Origin: Octopus sinensis
Lineage: Eukaryota
Assembly: GCF_006345805.1 (NCBI RefSeq)
Contig: NC_043001.1
Location: 118,234,001-118,298,000 of the forward strand
DNA: 64,000 nt
Reading direction: 5' to 3'
Made by a program: the position numbers and the translations under genes. Shown one piece after another: positions 1-13,939 of the stretch; positions within the stretch are counted from its first letter, which is position 1; every line of letters begins with the position of its first letter. The notes under the pieces were generated by a model. The model saw only the letters and a program-made list of their open reading frames with translations, was not told the DNA's origin and did not search any database.

Positions 1-1975
1 TGCATCTAATGAGAGACTTAAAGATGCCACTATGAAAGGTTGCTAAATGAAGAGAACGAATGTGAGAAAGAGAGTCTGCTGAATGTCGACCCAGCAGAGA
101 GACCAGCTATCGGAATTGACAGTAGCTTAGTAGATAAAGCAATTAAAGGTATGAAGACAGAGAAAGCCCCCGGCCCATCAGGAACCCTGAAGAGATGCTT
201 AAAATATCTGGCAGTGAAGACTATAGTCTAGTCACCCATATAGTCAACCAGGTGATACATGAAGGAGTCATACCCAATGACTTGTGTAGCAGCATCATAG
301 TCAATCACTACAAAGGTAGAGGTGATGCACTAGATAGGAATAATTACAAAGGTATCAAATTGTTGGATCAGGTAATGAAAGTCACAGAAAGACTCATACT
401 AATTAAGGAGAGAGTTAGATTAGATGCAATGAAGTTTGGATTTGTGCCGAAAAGAAGCACCACAGATGCTATATTTCTGGTAAAACAGCTGCAGGAGAAA
501 TTCCTAGCCAAAGATAAACCTCTGAATTTGGCGTTCATTGGCATGGAGAAAGTCTTTGACAGGGTCCCCTGATCCCTTATCTGGTGGTCAATGTGTGAGA
601 GCTGTAAAAGCTATGTACAGAGATGCAGTCAGTAAGGTTAGGGTTGGCAACAAGTAAAGTGAAGAATTCCAGGTAGGAGTAAGAGTCCACCAAGAATCAA
701 TCCTCAGTCCCCTCTTATTCATCATAGTCCTCCAGGTAATAGAAGAGGAATTCAAGACATGATGCCCCCAAGAGCTCTTCTATGCTGATGACTTTGCTCT
801 GATAGCTGAGTCACTACCAGAACTAGAGGAAAAGTTTCAGGTGTGGAAGCAAGGTCTAGAATCGAAGGGCCTTAGAGTCAATCTAGCAAAAACCCAAGTC
901 TTAGTAAGTAGGAAGGCAGACAAATCACAAAATGTGCAGAAAACAGCTTCCATCACATGCCAGGGATAAAAACTAGAAGTAGTTGATAGTTTCTGTTACC
1001 TAGGTGACCAGGTCTGTAGCAGGGGTGGATGTTCTGAGAACATAGCTGCTAGAATAAGAATAGCCTGGGCAAAGTTCAGAGAGGTCCTACCTCTGCTGGT
1101 AACAAAGGGCTTCTTGCTCAGAGTGAAAGGTAGACTGTATGATGCATATGTGTGAACAGCCATGCTACATGGTAGTAAAATGTGGGCTGTGACTGCTGAG
1201 GACATGTGTAGGCTTGAAGGAAATGAAGCTAGTATGCTCCGCTGAATGTGTAAGGTCAGTGTGCATATATGACAGAGTGTAAGCGCCCTGAGAGAAAAGT
1301 TCGACCTAAGAAGCATCAGATGTGGTGTGTAAGAGAGACGACTGCACTCGTTTAGTCAAGTGTTACATATGGATGAGGACAGCTGTGTGAAGAAGTGTCA
1401 CACTCTAACAGTGGAGAGAACCAGTGGAAGAGGTAGACCCAGGAAGAACTGGGATGAGGTGGTGAAACATGACCTTTGAATGTTGGGCCTCACAGAGGCA
1501 ATGACATGCGACCGAGAGCTTTGGTAATATACTGTGCTTGAGAAGACCCAGCAATCTAAGTGAAAATTGTAGCCATGGCCTATGCCAGTGTCACATAACC
1601 GGCCCATTTAAAAGTACCCTTCAATCGCCGGGCAATATGCTGTGCTTGAGAAGACCTGTTGAGTCAAGTGAAATCATTATCATTATCATGGCCAATACCT
1701 GTAGGACCTGACTGTCACCCATGCTGGTAGCATGTAAAAAACCACCATTTCAGCATGGTCAATGCCAGTACTGCTTGACTGGCACCTGTGCCAGTAGAAC
1801 ATAAAAGGCACCCTCTAAAGTCTCAGAGTGGTTGACATTAGGAAGGTATCCAGCTGTAGAGACCTTGCCAGATCAGATTGGAGCTTGGTGCAGCCTCCTG
1901 GCTTGCCAATCCTCAGTCAAACCGTCAAACCCATGCCACCATGGACATTAAACAACAACGAGGAGGAGGAGTCAC
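1..1975 (+). mobile_element. Decayed RTE-clade LINE (RT domain, C-terminus, 3' UTR); truncated by the window edge
   Basis: RT motifs in broken frames (YKGRGDALDRNNYKGIKLLD, FGFVPKRSTTDAIF, LFYADD, FCYLGD); many stops and frameshifts; 3' UTR ...ggaaggtatccagctgtag... ending in a trinucleotide tail. Confidence 0.92.
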
Positions 1976-2436
1976 CTGCTGGCTTATTGATCAGTGGATT
2001 CTCCTTGTTGCTTCAATGATTTGAGAAATAGCACAAAGATTGTACAAAATTGCATAAAAAAGTGGAAAGAATTCATTCATGAAATGATTATAATTTCTGA
2101 CAAAGGCACAAAACCAGAAATTTGTTGCAAAGGGAATAGCTAATTATATCGACATCAGTTCTCAAGTGGCACTTTATGTTATTGACCCTTGAAAGTGAAA
2201 GGCAAAGTTGGTTTTTTAGGGATTTGAATTCAAAATGTAAAAAGCCAAAACAAATACCACAAGGTATTTTGCTTGATGCTTTAACAGTTCTACTAATTCA
2301 CCGATAGCATCACAGTAATACTACACTGAAATAAATATTAGGGACAAAATAATCAACTTAAAATCCTTTACTGCAGTGTCCAACATACCTGCAGTCCAAT
2401 GACAGAAACTAGTGAAACAATCAAAGAATTAGTAAA

Positions 2437-2618
2437 ACACACACACACACACACACACGCACATGCACAGGGTGACATAAACAAAAAATAAACAAGTGTC
2501 AACACACACACACACACACACATACACACACATACACATATACACACACACACACACATACACACACACATACACACACATACACACACACATACACACA
2601 CATACACACACACATACA

Positions 2619-2657
<39 letters not shown>

Positions 2658-2894
2658 ACACACACACATACACACACATACACACACACATACACACACA
2701 CACACATACACACACATACACACACACACACCATACACACACATACACACACACACACACATACACACCACACACACACACACATACACAACACACACAT
2801 ACACACACATACACACACACACACACTACACACACACACACACACATACACACACACATACACACACACACACATACACACACATACACACACA

Positions 2895-2933
<39 letters not shown>

Positions 2934-3277
2934 ACATACACACACATACACATATACACACACACACACACACATACACACACATACACACACATACACA
3001 CACACATACACACACATACACACACACACACACATACACACACACACACACACATACACAACACACACACACACACACACATACACACACATACACACAC
3101 ACACACACAACACATACACACACATACCACACACACACACATACACACACATACACACACACACACACATACACACACACACACCACACACATACACACA
3201 CACACATACACACACATACACACACACACACACATACACACACACACACACACATACACACACACATACACACAACA

Positions 3278-3349
<72 letters not shown>
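2437..3349. repeat. About 0.9-kb compound (CA)n/(CATA) microsatellite
   Basis: Read directly; explains the HT/CV-repeat ORFs in the track. Confidence 0.97.
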
Positions 3350-3350
<1 letters not shown>

Positions 3351-4715
3351 CACTATTATTTTGTTCAATATTGTGGTGGTTTTTTTCATTAGATGTTTCT
3401 TCACGTGTTTTTATGTTATTAAATTTTATGAGATAGAATGGTTAAAGAGAACAGATGGGGAATTATGATATTGATTAGAATGAACCATCGTATTTGTTTG
3501 GGAAATGTTATTGAGCTCACAGCTGATTAAGTGAATGGCTATGGACTACTTGTAACAATTCAGTGGTTTTATATCCTGTCACTAGTATTTTTCTTTTATT
3601 TATCTCTTTACTGAGGAGCTGAGTGCATCAATGACCCTTTACAGGGCCTCTGAGACATGTGCGAGGGATGGAAAGAGAAAAGTATCCCCAGATTAGAGAT
3701 CTGGCCCAAATGCTCACAGAGGTACACAAAGTGCCTGGTAGAGGTATTAACCAGCAATGGATTGATTAAATCTACCGCCCAAGTAGGTCATACTGGAATT
3801 TGAACTCAGAACACGAAGAGTTAAAGCAAATACTGCAAGACATCTGTTCTAATGCTCTAATGTTTGTGCCAGTCTGCCACCTTAGACTGGTGCATTATTT
3901 ATTGACTTTGGAAGAATGAAAGGCAAAGTTGACCCTGGTATGATTTGAACTCAGAACACAACATGCCAAAACCAATACTGAAATCATTTCATCAGATGTT
4001 ATAATGACTTTGCACATTTACCAGATTTGCTGAATGTCTATGTTGATAAAAATGCTTAAATTCTAATGAACCAACCGCATATCTACATATTAGGAAGAAT
4101 TGCAACATTTGAGTGTTTTGTAGCTTGTGGTTCTGAGTTCAAATTCTGTTAAGAATGTGAGCCATAATGTAGATGACAGCTTGCTTCAATAAATGTAAAC
4201 TAATATAGGATTCACTACCCAGTCACTTACTCTGTTAGAAATAACAGCTAGATATCCCTCAAAACTTTATTATAATAAAAAGAAAAAGACATGGTCATGG
4301 TTGGAATGCCTTCAATCAGATACACTGGAGCTAAACAACAGCAGCAACTGCCATCACCACCACCACTACTTCAAAATATAAACAAGTTTAATAAAACAAC
4401 AAGTAAATTCTTGTAGTGCCACTTCATATAAATGCAAGCCAGTCTACATGGCCATTTGATCTGATAAGAATAGCAGTGAAATTTCTCTCATGACACATCC
4501 TATGTAAAAGGAGTCCAACACATTCTACAACTATCACACGCAAACAAGTATGACTTGGTTACATGTAGCATACTTTTGTGTCTTGAGTGCCCATGTAGCC
4601 ATTTGTAGAGCAAACATAGACAGACTATTGACCCTCTTACTCTTGACCAAACAGATTATCCATGATTATAACTGCAGTAGGCTACACCAGCACTGGGTTG
4701 GTACTTTATTTATTG

Positions 4716-4933
4716 AGGCGGCGAGCTGGCAGAAACGTTAGCACACCAGGCGAAATGCTTAGCAGTATTTCGTCAGCTGCTATGTTCTGAGTTCAAATTC
4801 CGCCGAGGTCAACTTTGCCTTTCATCCTTTTGGGGTCGATTAAATAAGTACCAGTTACACACTGGGGTCGATATAATCGACTTAATCCGTTTGTCCTCTC
4901 TGTGTTTAGACCCTTGTGGGTAGTAAAGAAATA
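4716..4933 (+). mobile_element. Second tRNA-derived SINE family (central domain gcctttcatccttttggggtcgattaaataagtacc)
   Basis: Head ggcggcgagctggcagaa...gagttcaaattccgccgagg. Diverged copies near 2130-2310, 3750-4030, 4940-5070, 32730-32900, 41180-41460 and 52810-52960. Confidence 0.8.
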
Positions 4934-5229
4934 GGTACTTTATTTATTGACCCTGAAAGGAGGGAAAGCATAGAGGACATCAGCAGGGTTTGAACTCAGA
5001 GTGCAGAGAGTTGGAACAAATATTACTATGCATTCTATCTGACACTCTAACAACTCTGCCAACCAGTTGTTTTTATTCTAGATATAGAATACCTGGAAAA
5101 TAACACAAAATGATCATCAATGGCTTTCATCATAGAAATAGTTGAACAACAACTGATTTATTGAATTAGAATAACTTTTATTTTATTTTTTTTTATCAGT
5201 CTATGATGGCAGTTTCTTTATTCTTATAT

Positions 5230-5710
5230 TTTAAGGGTTTAATCTGGAGGGAGGAGCTGTGTTCAGGGTCTTCTCAAGTCTTTCAAGACTGGTGATGTTG
5301 ATGTGATTAATCTTCCTTTTAAATAACTAGTTATGAGCAGAGAGGGTATTCTGGGGGCTTGATGTTTGTAAAAGGAAGGGCTGGGTGCACCAGTTACTAC
5401 AGGTGGTAGAGGGTAGCAGCAAGAAGAGGCAAAAATGGGCGAGAGCAGAATGAGATTAATGGTTTCTGAGGAGCAGATGACACAGTAAAAGCAATAACAA
5501 AGGCAGAGAAAAAAAGTGAGAAAAATGTCAGCTTATCTGTGAGCCAGACGTTAGAGAGTTTTGGCATACTAATCAATTAGATGGCTTTTTAATGCAGTTC
5601 TAGAATGTCAGAATGTGTAATAAATGAATGCAGCAGCCCAGATGAAGCTGCAATACTTCATTTATTAGAAATCACACAGCTTCGCACAATAAATGTAAAA
5701 GACCACTGAA
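5230..5710 (-). mobile_element. Decayed CR1-like LINE ORF2 C-terminal fragment
   Basis: Minus strand gives degenerate MKYCSFIWAAA-like and FKRKINH motifs typical of CR1-clade ORF2 ends; heavily mutated. Confidence 0.45.
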
Positions 5711-7514
5711 TTATCAGTCAAAACTAGGATAAGAATAAAATGTAAGACATTATTACAAAAAAAACAAACAAAAAAAACACATTAATGTAACTTAATGTTA
5801 ACAGAAAACAGTTGAGAGAATTAATGAAAGGCATGTTTTGGTGAAGAGGAACAAAAGTGTATCAGTGCAAGAAAAATTAAAGGTTGCTGTGTGTGCCCAG
5901 GTCATCCCTAAGAGAGGAAACTGTATAAAATGACTGAGACAGAGAGGGTTTAAGTTTACTGTACTTTTCACATGCCCAAGTGGTCCTTTATTTTGAGCCT
6001 TTTTTATTCAATGTCTAAGTGGTCTATGTTCAATCTCTGATGAAGCATAGTGTGTTGTTCTGTGTTTTAAATATGTATTAAAAACACTTTCAAAAGAAAT
6101 TAGATGGAACCACTTCCACCAGGAGACAAAAATAAAGTTCACAATGTTCAGCATGATAATCAGTAATACAAGTTGTTTTTGCACCAGCAAGGAAGCTTTT
6201 TTATGGTTATTTGACCTACAAAAATGCCATATAAGTCAAGTTTCCATAAAATCACACCCTATGCCAAAGAAGAAGGTGAAAGAGGAGAAGGAAAAGGAGG
6301 AGGACGAGGGGGAGGAGGATTTAAATAGTCCCAGAAACACTACATCTAAAATTTAAAAAGCAGGGAGGGTCCCAACTGGAAGTCTTTAATCATAGATTTG
6401 CTCAATAAGTGCTGGTTTTGGCTAAACAACAGTAATATATATGTTAGACTATCTACAGTCAACAAAATAATTGTAGGTGCTTCCAAGAACACAGCTTATA
6501 AGGTAACTGAAACAGCCAGCATGATAAAAACAAAGGCCAATAGCAAACACAACACACCACATAACATTAAATTCAACATCAAGTAACCAAAAGGAAACTG
6601 GTTTCATGAAACTTTGTGTGGTTGAAAAAGGTTGAAACTAAGTTTTAATGTATACAGCTAATTATTTTGAATCTATCATGCATAATGAATCTATCATGGT
6701 TCATTGAGTGTACAGGACTTGAAAGATTCCTTGCATTCTCTCTCATCAGCTAGTATACTGGAAATAAAAGTTATCAGCTGAAATACTTGGATACTTGCTT
6801 AAAGAGTCCCCTAATCTATCAGCATATTTTGTGGATCTTGAAGGATCCATTTTATTTCTGTTGGTAACAAGAGGAACAATCTGAATTCATAACATACAGA
6901 GTTGAAATAGATGAAATAACATTCTGTTAATCCACCATCCTGAGTAGCACTTTATTTATTAACCTTTAAAGGATGAAAAGCAAGATTTGAACACAGAAGG
7001 GAGAGAGTTTGAACAAATATCACAAGGCATTCTATCCAATACAAGTGATTTACTGCTTTATACTATGCTCATATTTATATCATATCTATACCATACTTAT
7101 CAAGATATACAACAGCTCTGCTGTGCTGAGGAGCATACTGCATGCTTTGAGATACAGTGGCTTATTGCATAGCATACAATGTCTAGAGACATTATACAAA
7201 CACCACGGTGTAATTTATTTTTTCATACCTGCAGATCCACAGGAGGAGAACAAAGGAAACTCAGTCAAGGTATGACATTCTCTCATTCTCTGTTTCTCTG
7301 GACTTTTCTTTGTTGTACATTTCAGGTTAATAAGGCCATTAATATTGCTGATATTTTTGTGTGAATGTGTACTTTTTTTATGTTTGTCTGAACTGAATAG
7401 CATAGATAGTGCTTCTTTTTGTAATGATTTCATAGTGGTATATTAGGGTGTTGTATATATGTGTGGAATGTTTGAATGCGATTTTTTTTAATGTAGTGGT
7501 AGAGACTGTGAAGG

Positions 7515-7808
7515 TTAGAACCACAGATTTTTGTGACTGGCCTCGACTGACTGGCCTTGTGCCGGTGGCACATAAAAAGCACCATCCGATCGTGGCCGTT
7601 TACCAGCCTCGTCTGGCACCTGTGCCGGTGGCACGTAAAAAGCACCCACTACACTCACGGAGTGGTTGGTGTTAGGAAGGGCATCCAGCTGTAGAAACAT
7701 TGCCAGATCAGACTGGGCCTGGCGCAGCCTTCTGGCTTGTCAGACCCCAGTTGAACCATCCAACCCATGCTAGCATGGAAAACGGACGCTAAACGATGAT
7801 GATGATGT
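7515..7808 (+). mobile_element. RTE 3' UTR fragment ending in (GAT)n
   Basis: ttaggaagggcatccagctgtagaaac...aacccatgctagcatgg...gatgatgatg. Similar short copies near 9020-9250, 11880-12020, 17930-18110, 19100-19240, 25590-25730 and 46180-46240. Confidence 0.82.
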
Positions 7809-7815
7809 AGTTTAA

Positions 7816-8035
7816 CCCTTTCATTACTGTATTTCTGTTGAGATGTTCTAAGTTTCTTTCAATTACTTTAAATATAACAAAAAATTTAGTAAAATAACTT
7901 CGTTATCGTTCAGTTAGTGTTAGGAATATAAATTGTGACTAAGGTTTGGTGGAAGATTTTAATTCAAAACTTATGAAAACAAGAGATTTGTACTCAGAGC
8001 CAGAGCTGGTTTCAGCCAGGTTGGTAACGAAAGGG
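7816..8035. mobile_element. piggyBac-type MITE (220 bp)
   Basis: TTAA|CCCTTTCATTAC ... GTAACGAAAGGG|CTAA. Confidence 0.75.
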
Positions 8036-8802
8036 CTAATTTGGTGAAACTGAGGATCCAAGAAAGGATGGCATAATCCATGCTGGGTCTAATGTACTGT
8101 TTGTATACCATCATTGTTGTATCTTTCACTTGGCAAAATGTAGTATAAGTCTGTGCATCATTTCGTTTTGTTTACTATATCTTCCATGTTTATGGTGAGC
8201 ATTGTGAAGATGTTGCCATGTAACACCTAATGCTTTTGTTTTGCTGTGTGTGTGTGTGTGTTTTATGTTTATGTTTTGAATGTGATGTTTGGCAGTATTT
8301 GATGTTCTCTAGTATTACATTAGGAAATGGAATCATAAATTTGGCAACTGTGTTGTTTTAGAGTCAGATTTCTCAGTGATTGATAGACAGTTGGAGTAGT
8401 TGTGCTACTGTATCTGCAGAACATGAACAGCAGGGTGATATGAATGCACTGTCATCTGCATACAAGCTGTGTGAATGTTTAGAATACTTTTTTTTTTTGA
8501 TGGTTGGATGAATTTTGAAAGAGATTTGACTGATAATTTTAGAATGGTGTGTTACTATAAAGATGCTTCTTTATTGTAATTGTAATATTCTAAATAAGAA
8601 CATTAGGTAGTACAGCTTGTTAAAGCAAGAAGTTGCAGAATTGTAGAAGAGTGGCAAAAAAGAGATTCATTTGCTAGTTGTGTTGAGTTCAATTCTTAGT
8701 AGAAAATTTGTTTTTTCAGCTGTCTGCTTAATGCTACAGAAACTAAATGTAAGAAATGAACCAATCCTATGACTTTGATTTTGAAACCAGAAGGCTAACA
8801 TA

Positions 8803-8805
<3 letters not shown>

Positions 8806-8873
<68 letters not shown>

Positions 8874-9040
8874 TGTGTGTGTGTATGTGTGTGTGAGTAT
8901 TTGTGTGTATGTTGTGTATGTGTGTATGTATATATGTATGTATATATGTATGCAGAAATGTATGTATAAATGTATGTATGCACATACATAAATATGTATT
9001 TACACATACATGCATGGTTATCATCATCATCATCATCTTC
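8806..9040. repeat. Compound (TG)n/(TGTA)n/(CAT)n microsatellite
   Basis: Read directly. Confidence 0.95.
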
Positions 9041-9289
9041 ACCATCTAACATTCATTTTCCATGCTAGCATGGCCTGAATTTTTTTGATAGGATCTGATG
9101 GGTCCAAGGACCATATTGTACTCCAGTGTATGCTTTGGCATGGTTTCTATGGCTTGATGCCCTTTCTAATGCAAGCCACTTTAGTGAGTGTACTGGGTGC
9201 TTTTTCATACCACCAGTACTATTGAGATCACCATGCAGCTCACAAAACTATGATCCCTGAAGGAGTGGGGTCAGCAGCTTTATACTATT

Positions 9290-10700
9290 TGATGAAGAGT
9301 TAAAGTATGCAAGAAGGGTCAATACCAGAGCATGTTTTGTAGAAAAGCTGTATGGTTAACATGTACCCCACAACATAGACTGGTAGTTAGCGACTTCAGG
9401 ATCAGGGCTAAATAGATGCCCAGAAGACAACCATCATGGAAGAGAAGGGTCAGGAAGCTTAAAGATCCTGTGAATGGACAGAGATTTAGAGACACATTAC
9501 TCGAAGCCTTTGAAGAAATAGAAGGAGATATAGCTGCACATGATATGGAAGACAACTGGAGGTTTCTACGGGACAACCGGCTGAGGGCAACTGACCAGAT
9601 CTGTGGATGGTGCAAAGTCCCCACTCAACCCAAAATAACGTGGTGGTGGAACAATGCTGCTGACAAGGCTATTAGAGCAAAGAAACATTATAAGATGTAC
9701 CCAGTGTAAGCTATGGTCACATAAGAGGTAAAGCAATATCAAAGGAAGGCTAACTGGGAAGATAGATTTTGTATGTGGCAGATGCTCAGGAGCAATAAAC
9801 ACTGAAAATGTGCAGAGAACAACTTCCGCCACATTCCAGGGAGAAAAACTAGAAGTAGTTGATAGCTTCTGTTACCTAGGTGACCAAGTCAGTAGCAGGG
9901 GGTTGATGCACTGAAAGTGTAGCTGCTAGAATAAGAATAGCCTGGGCAAAGTTCAGAGAGCTCTTACCTCTGCTAGTGACAAAGGGCCTTTCATTCAGAG
10001 TAAAATGTAGACTGTATGATGCATGTGTACGAACAGCCATGCTACATGGCAGTGAAACATGGGCTGTGACTGCTGAGGAAATGCTTAAGCTTGCAAGGAA
10101 TGAAGTATGCTCCGATGGATGTGTAATGTCAGTGTGCATACTTCACAGAGTGTTAGTGCCTTGAGAGAAAGGTTGGACCTAAAAAGCATCAGATGTGGTG
10201 TGCAAGAGAGATGACTGCGCTGGTATGATCATGTGGTGAGAATGGATGAGGATAGCTATATGAAAAAGTGCCACACCCTAGTGGTTGAGGGAACCTGTGG
10301 AAGAGGTAGACCCAGAAAGACTTGGGATGAGGTAGTGAAGCACAAACTTTGAACATTATGCCTCACCAAGGCAATGACTAATGACCAAGACCTTTGGAAA
10401 TATGCTGTGCTTGAGAAGACCCGGCAAGCCAAGTGAGACCATAACCCGTGCTCTATGCCAGGGGTGTAACCAGTCCACTTATGCGTACCTTTCCTTCATT
10501 GGACACTAAACTCTGCTTGCAAAGACCTGTTGAGGCAAGTGAAATCGAAATTAAATTCAATGACTGGTATCCGTGCTAGTGGAGCACTAAGAGCACCATC
10601 CGAGTGTGATCACTGCCAGAGTGGCTAACTGGCGTCCGTAAGAACCATTCAAGCATGATTGTTACCAGCGTTGCCTTACTGGTACTTGTGTGCAGGTGAC
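9290..10700 (+). mobile_element. RTE-clade LINE copy with the RT domain internally deleted
   Basis: EN-RT linker (RRQPSWKRRVRKLKDP...WWWNN) is joined at about 9690 to the post-RT region; 9810-10520 is colinear with about 930-1660 of the first RTE copy. Confidence 0.88.
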
Positions 10701-11179
10701 ATGTAAAAAAAGACACCAAAAAAAATGGCTTGTAGTCATGCATGATCAGTAGGCAGTGAGCAAGGGGGACAAGAGAGAGGAGAAGGGAAAGAAACGAAGG
10801 GAGTGAGGAGAAGGGAAAAACAAAAAAAGATAGACAGGGGACAGCAAAGAAGGAAGGGGTAAAAGATATATAGAGGATTATAGAGGGATAGAGAGAAAGA
10901 AAGAAAATAGGCAGAGAACAGAGTGTGGAGTCAGAGAAATTATTTATGAATGTAAAAACTTACTGTTGACAAAGGCTGCTTGGCTTTCAATTATAAATAA
11001 TTAAAAATATTCATTAAGTATAGGACATCACCAGTGAGTGAAAAATACGTAAACACACGACAGATAAGTACAGGACAGATACAAGAACATGTGCAATAAG
11101 TACAGGATATCACCAATGAGTGAAAAATATGTCAACACACAGAGATAAGTACAGGACAAAATACCAAAGGAAGTCTAAG

Positions 11180-11720
11180 TCCTCCTCTGTTGCCAACTGT
11201 TTATTTCTCCCTATTTTGAGCTTTCAACAACAAGACAGGAAGACTTCATAAGACAGCAGCATCCACAAATTTTTTAAATATAAAATTTATGGAGAGCTAG
11301 GGCTTTGAATGAACAAACAACATCAGAGTGGATGTACAGAGTAAACAATCGAAGAAGACAGACATTAAGGGCCGTTATGCCAAGACAAGTTGTAATGGGT
11401 AACGCCTGGGAGTAAATTTGAAAGGATATAGAATAAATAGAGGAGAAAAAATATCGAGAGACGAGAGAAATGAATGTCTAGGTGGCTGAACGTCCCATCC
11501 AAAACAGAATTCCATTGGATTTGAAAAACAAAGCTATCACCTTCAACTGAACACCATTGCAGAATGCTTGTTTGAATTAGTTGACTTTGAAAACATTTTG
11601 AGTGATAGACCTTTGTTGAAATTGCTGCGACTAGGATGTATAATTGCATACAGAGTAATATGCAGTCCCCGCAGTCAAAACATATGCAGGTCAGTGTTAT
11701 ATATCCTTTAGCAAACATTT
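11180..11720 (-). mobile_element. Decayed Penelope-like element, GIY-YIG endonuclease remnant
   Basis: Fragments CLLKDI, TKVYHSKCF and FQIQWNSV resemble the PLE endonuclease pattern (CL..NIVY...RYYNH..SF...F.I.W..); a degenerate hammerhead-like string follows. Confidence 0.45.
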
Positions 11721-12029
11721 AGATAAAAAGTTTTGGGTGGGAATAAATCTCCACTCTGCTCTTGGTTATCAATTACATACTCTACAGAATATTTGCAGTT
11801 CTGAATAGGAGTATGGAACTACCCAATGAGTGAAGCTCACAAGTATCAGTATCTCTTTTAAACTCGAGTGCTATGTATATGTATTTGGCATTAGGGAGGG
11901 TATCCAGCTGGAGAAACTTTGCCAGATTAGTTTGGACCTGGTGCAGCCTTCTGGCTTGTCAGCCCTCAATCAAACCATTTGACCCATACCAGCATGAAAA
12001 GCTGATGATAAATGATGAAGATGACAATA

Positions 12030-12071
<42 letters not shown>

Positions 12072-12210
12072 CTGAACCAAACTAACTTTAAATTTTTTAT
12101 TCACCTGTAGAAAACAGCTGTTTTTCATGATGTAATCAGTTTATTTACCAGTAAAAATGCAACTGAAACAGTTGTAGTGAACCATAACCCGTTTTTGTTC
12201 TTTGTATATA

Positions 12211-12257
<47 letters not shown>

Positions 12258-12514
12258 TCACACAAAGAACAAAAGTGGGTTATATTTTATTAAACATTCT
12301 CCAAAATATATCTGTGCCTTTTCCAACTTACTTTTTTTAAAACTATGTATGTATGCATGTATGTATGTATGTATGTATGTATGTATGTATGTATGTATGT
12401 ATGTATGTATATTATATTAATGTTCTAATTTATGGCATCATGATTACCACATGGGATATATGAACCCTGAATCACAATGGGGAACCTAAAAGAAAAGGCT
12501 GGTTGCTGTGTACA

Positions 12515-12938
12515 TAGAGAGATGATGTTAATGTTAGGATGAATGCTGGTGACAGATCTGGAGGTCACTGAATGCTGCTTGGACAAAGTTGAAGAGTCTC
12601 CATGTGGCTGCTATTGTATCGTCACTGGAACTGGCTGTGTCCTGTGTGGTCAGTGGCTAGACCTCAAAAGGTCTGGAACTGAAAGACATCGACTCGATGT
12701 GTCGCTAGAGTTTTATAGTGAGCAGTCAGTGCAAACTGAGGTTTAGAAGAGATTGTCTCATGTGATTTTATCAGAAGGTTGCAATTGGTTGAGTTGCATA
12801 TTGGTGCGCCATAGAGCAAGAACAAATTGCGCCAATACCAACCAATCAGAATAGTGGACACAACAGGGCCCAAAAGGGTGGCCGAAGGCTAGCTGTTATC
12901 AACTACGTCTGTATTTATGTACATATAACAGAGAGAGA
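12515..12938 (-). mobile_element. LTR-like dispersed repeat (shorter copy, begins TGTTATATG on the minus strand)
   Basis: Reverse complement aligns by eye with 22612-23030. Confidence 0.45.
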
Positions 12939-13939
12939 GAGGAATTTCCTTCAAGCGTACGCTACAGACTCTTTGTTTATGTTTCTTAACTTAGTAGTTT
13001 GTCAAATAAGTTGTAAGATCAATTTGTTCAACAAAAGTCCTTCAAGATGACGCCCCAGCATGGCCACAGTTCAATGACTGAAACAGTTAGAAGAATAAAC
13101 AATTTTTTAAAATAAATGAAACTTTCTAATAAAAGCAGATCTTACAAAAGCAGATCTGGTTCTCACTCCACCTGAATAGCTAAACTCAGGGAAACACAAT
13201 GAAAACAAAGCATTTGTTATCTCATGGTAAGTTTTAGTTGAGAGGAGTTGTGAGAAGATTGCACTGACCTAAGAATTGCACTGAATTACTTCTATTTTGA
13301 CTGCAAACTTAAGAGGAAAGAAAGAGATAAAGAGAGAGAAAGGAGGAAGAAAGATGTGTAGAGAGGTAAGAGCACGACAGAAAAAGAGAGAGAGAAAACA
13401 GTGATAGTGGGAAGTAGGTGAGAAGCAAAGAGTGTTCCACAAATCTACATAGAAAGTGTGCAGGTAGCTCAGAGGACAACACAAAACTTTAACTCTCTAA
13501 AAATAAGTTGGCTGACAATATTGTCTGCTGCAGCAGATAGCAACATGTATGCATATGTGTTGATATCATCATCATTATGATCATGATCACCACCACTACC
13601 ACCACCACCATCAGTGTTGTTGTTACTGTCATCATCATCATCATCATCATCATTATGTTAGTTTTTACTTACTTGCATTGGATTGGGCTGAATACTATGC
13701 ATGTGTGGCAATCAGCGTGGGAGCATATATTTAAAAACATAAGCGATATCTAGTTTTACAGGTTTGAGTATTTATGTACGCTTAGTCTGCATGCACTGAA
13801 TAAATTACTCAATACTGGTTGCAGAATCAAAACAATATCAATGGTGACTGTTTAGTTCAATACTTTCCTGATTCTGGCATCTCAAACTGTTTGGAGAAGC
13901 CAGTTTAGGCAAAACTTCAAAGAATGCTATCAACATATA

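Noticed and set aside
2368-3404. Long ORFs of CV/HT dipeptides (also at 8767-9052, 16080-16388, 20848-21171 and others)
   Set aside because: They are translations of microsatellites, open only because the repeats lack stop codons.
3633-3649. Histone 3' stem-loop-like GACCCTTTTACAGGGCC
   Set aside because: Stem mismatch, 5-nt loop, and no histone ORF upstream.
6144-6356. ORF with a K/E-rich tail
   Set aside because: A purine-rich low-complexity tract with no splice context or recognisable domain.
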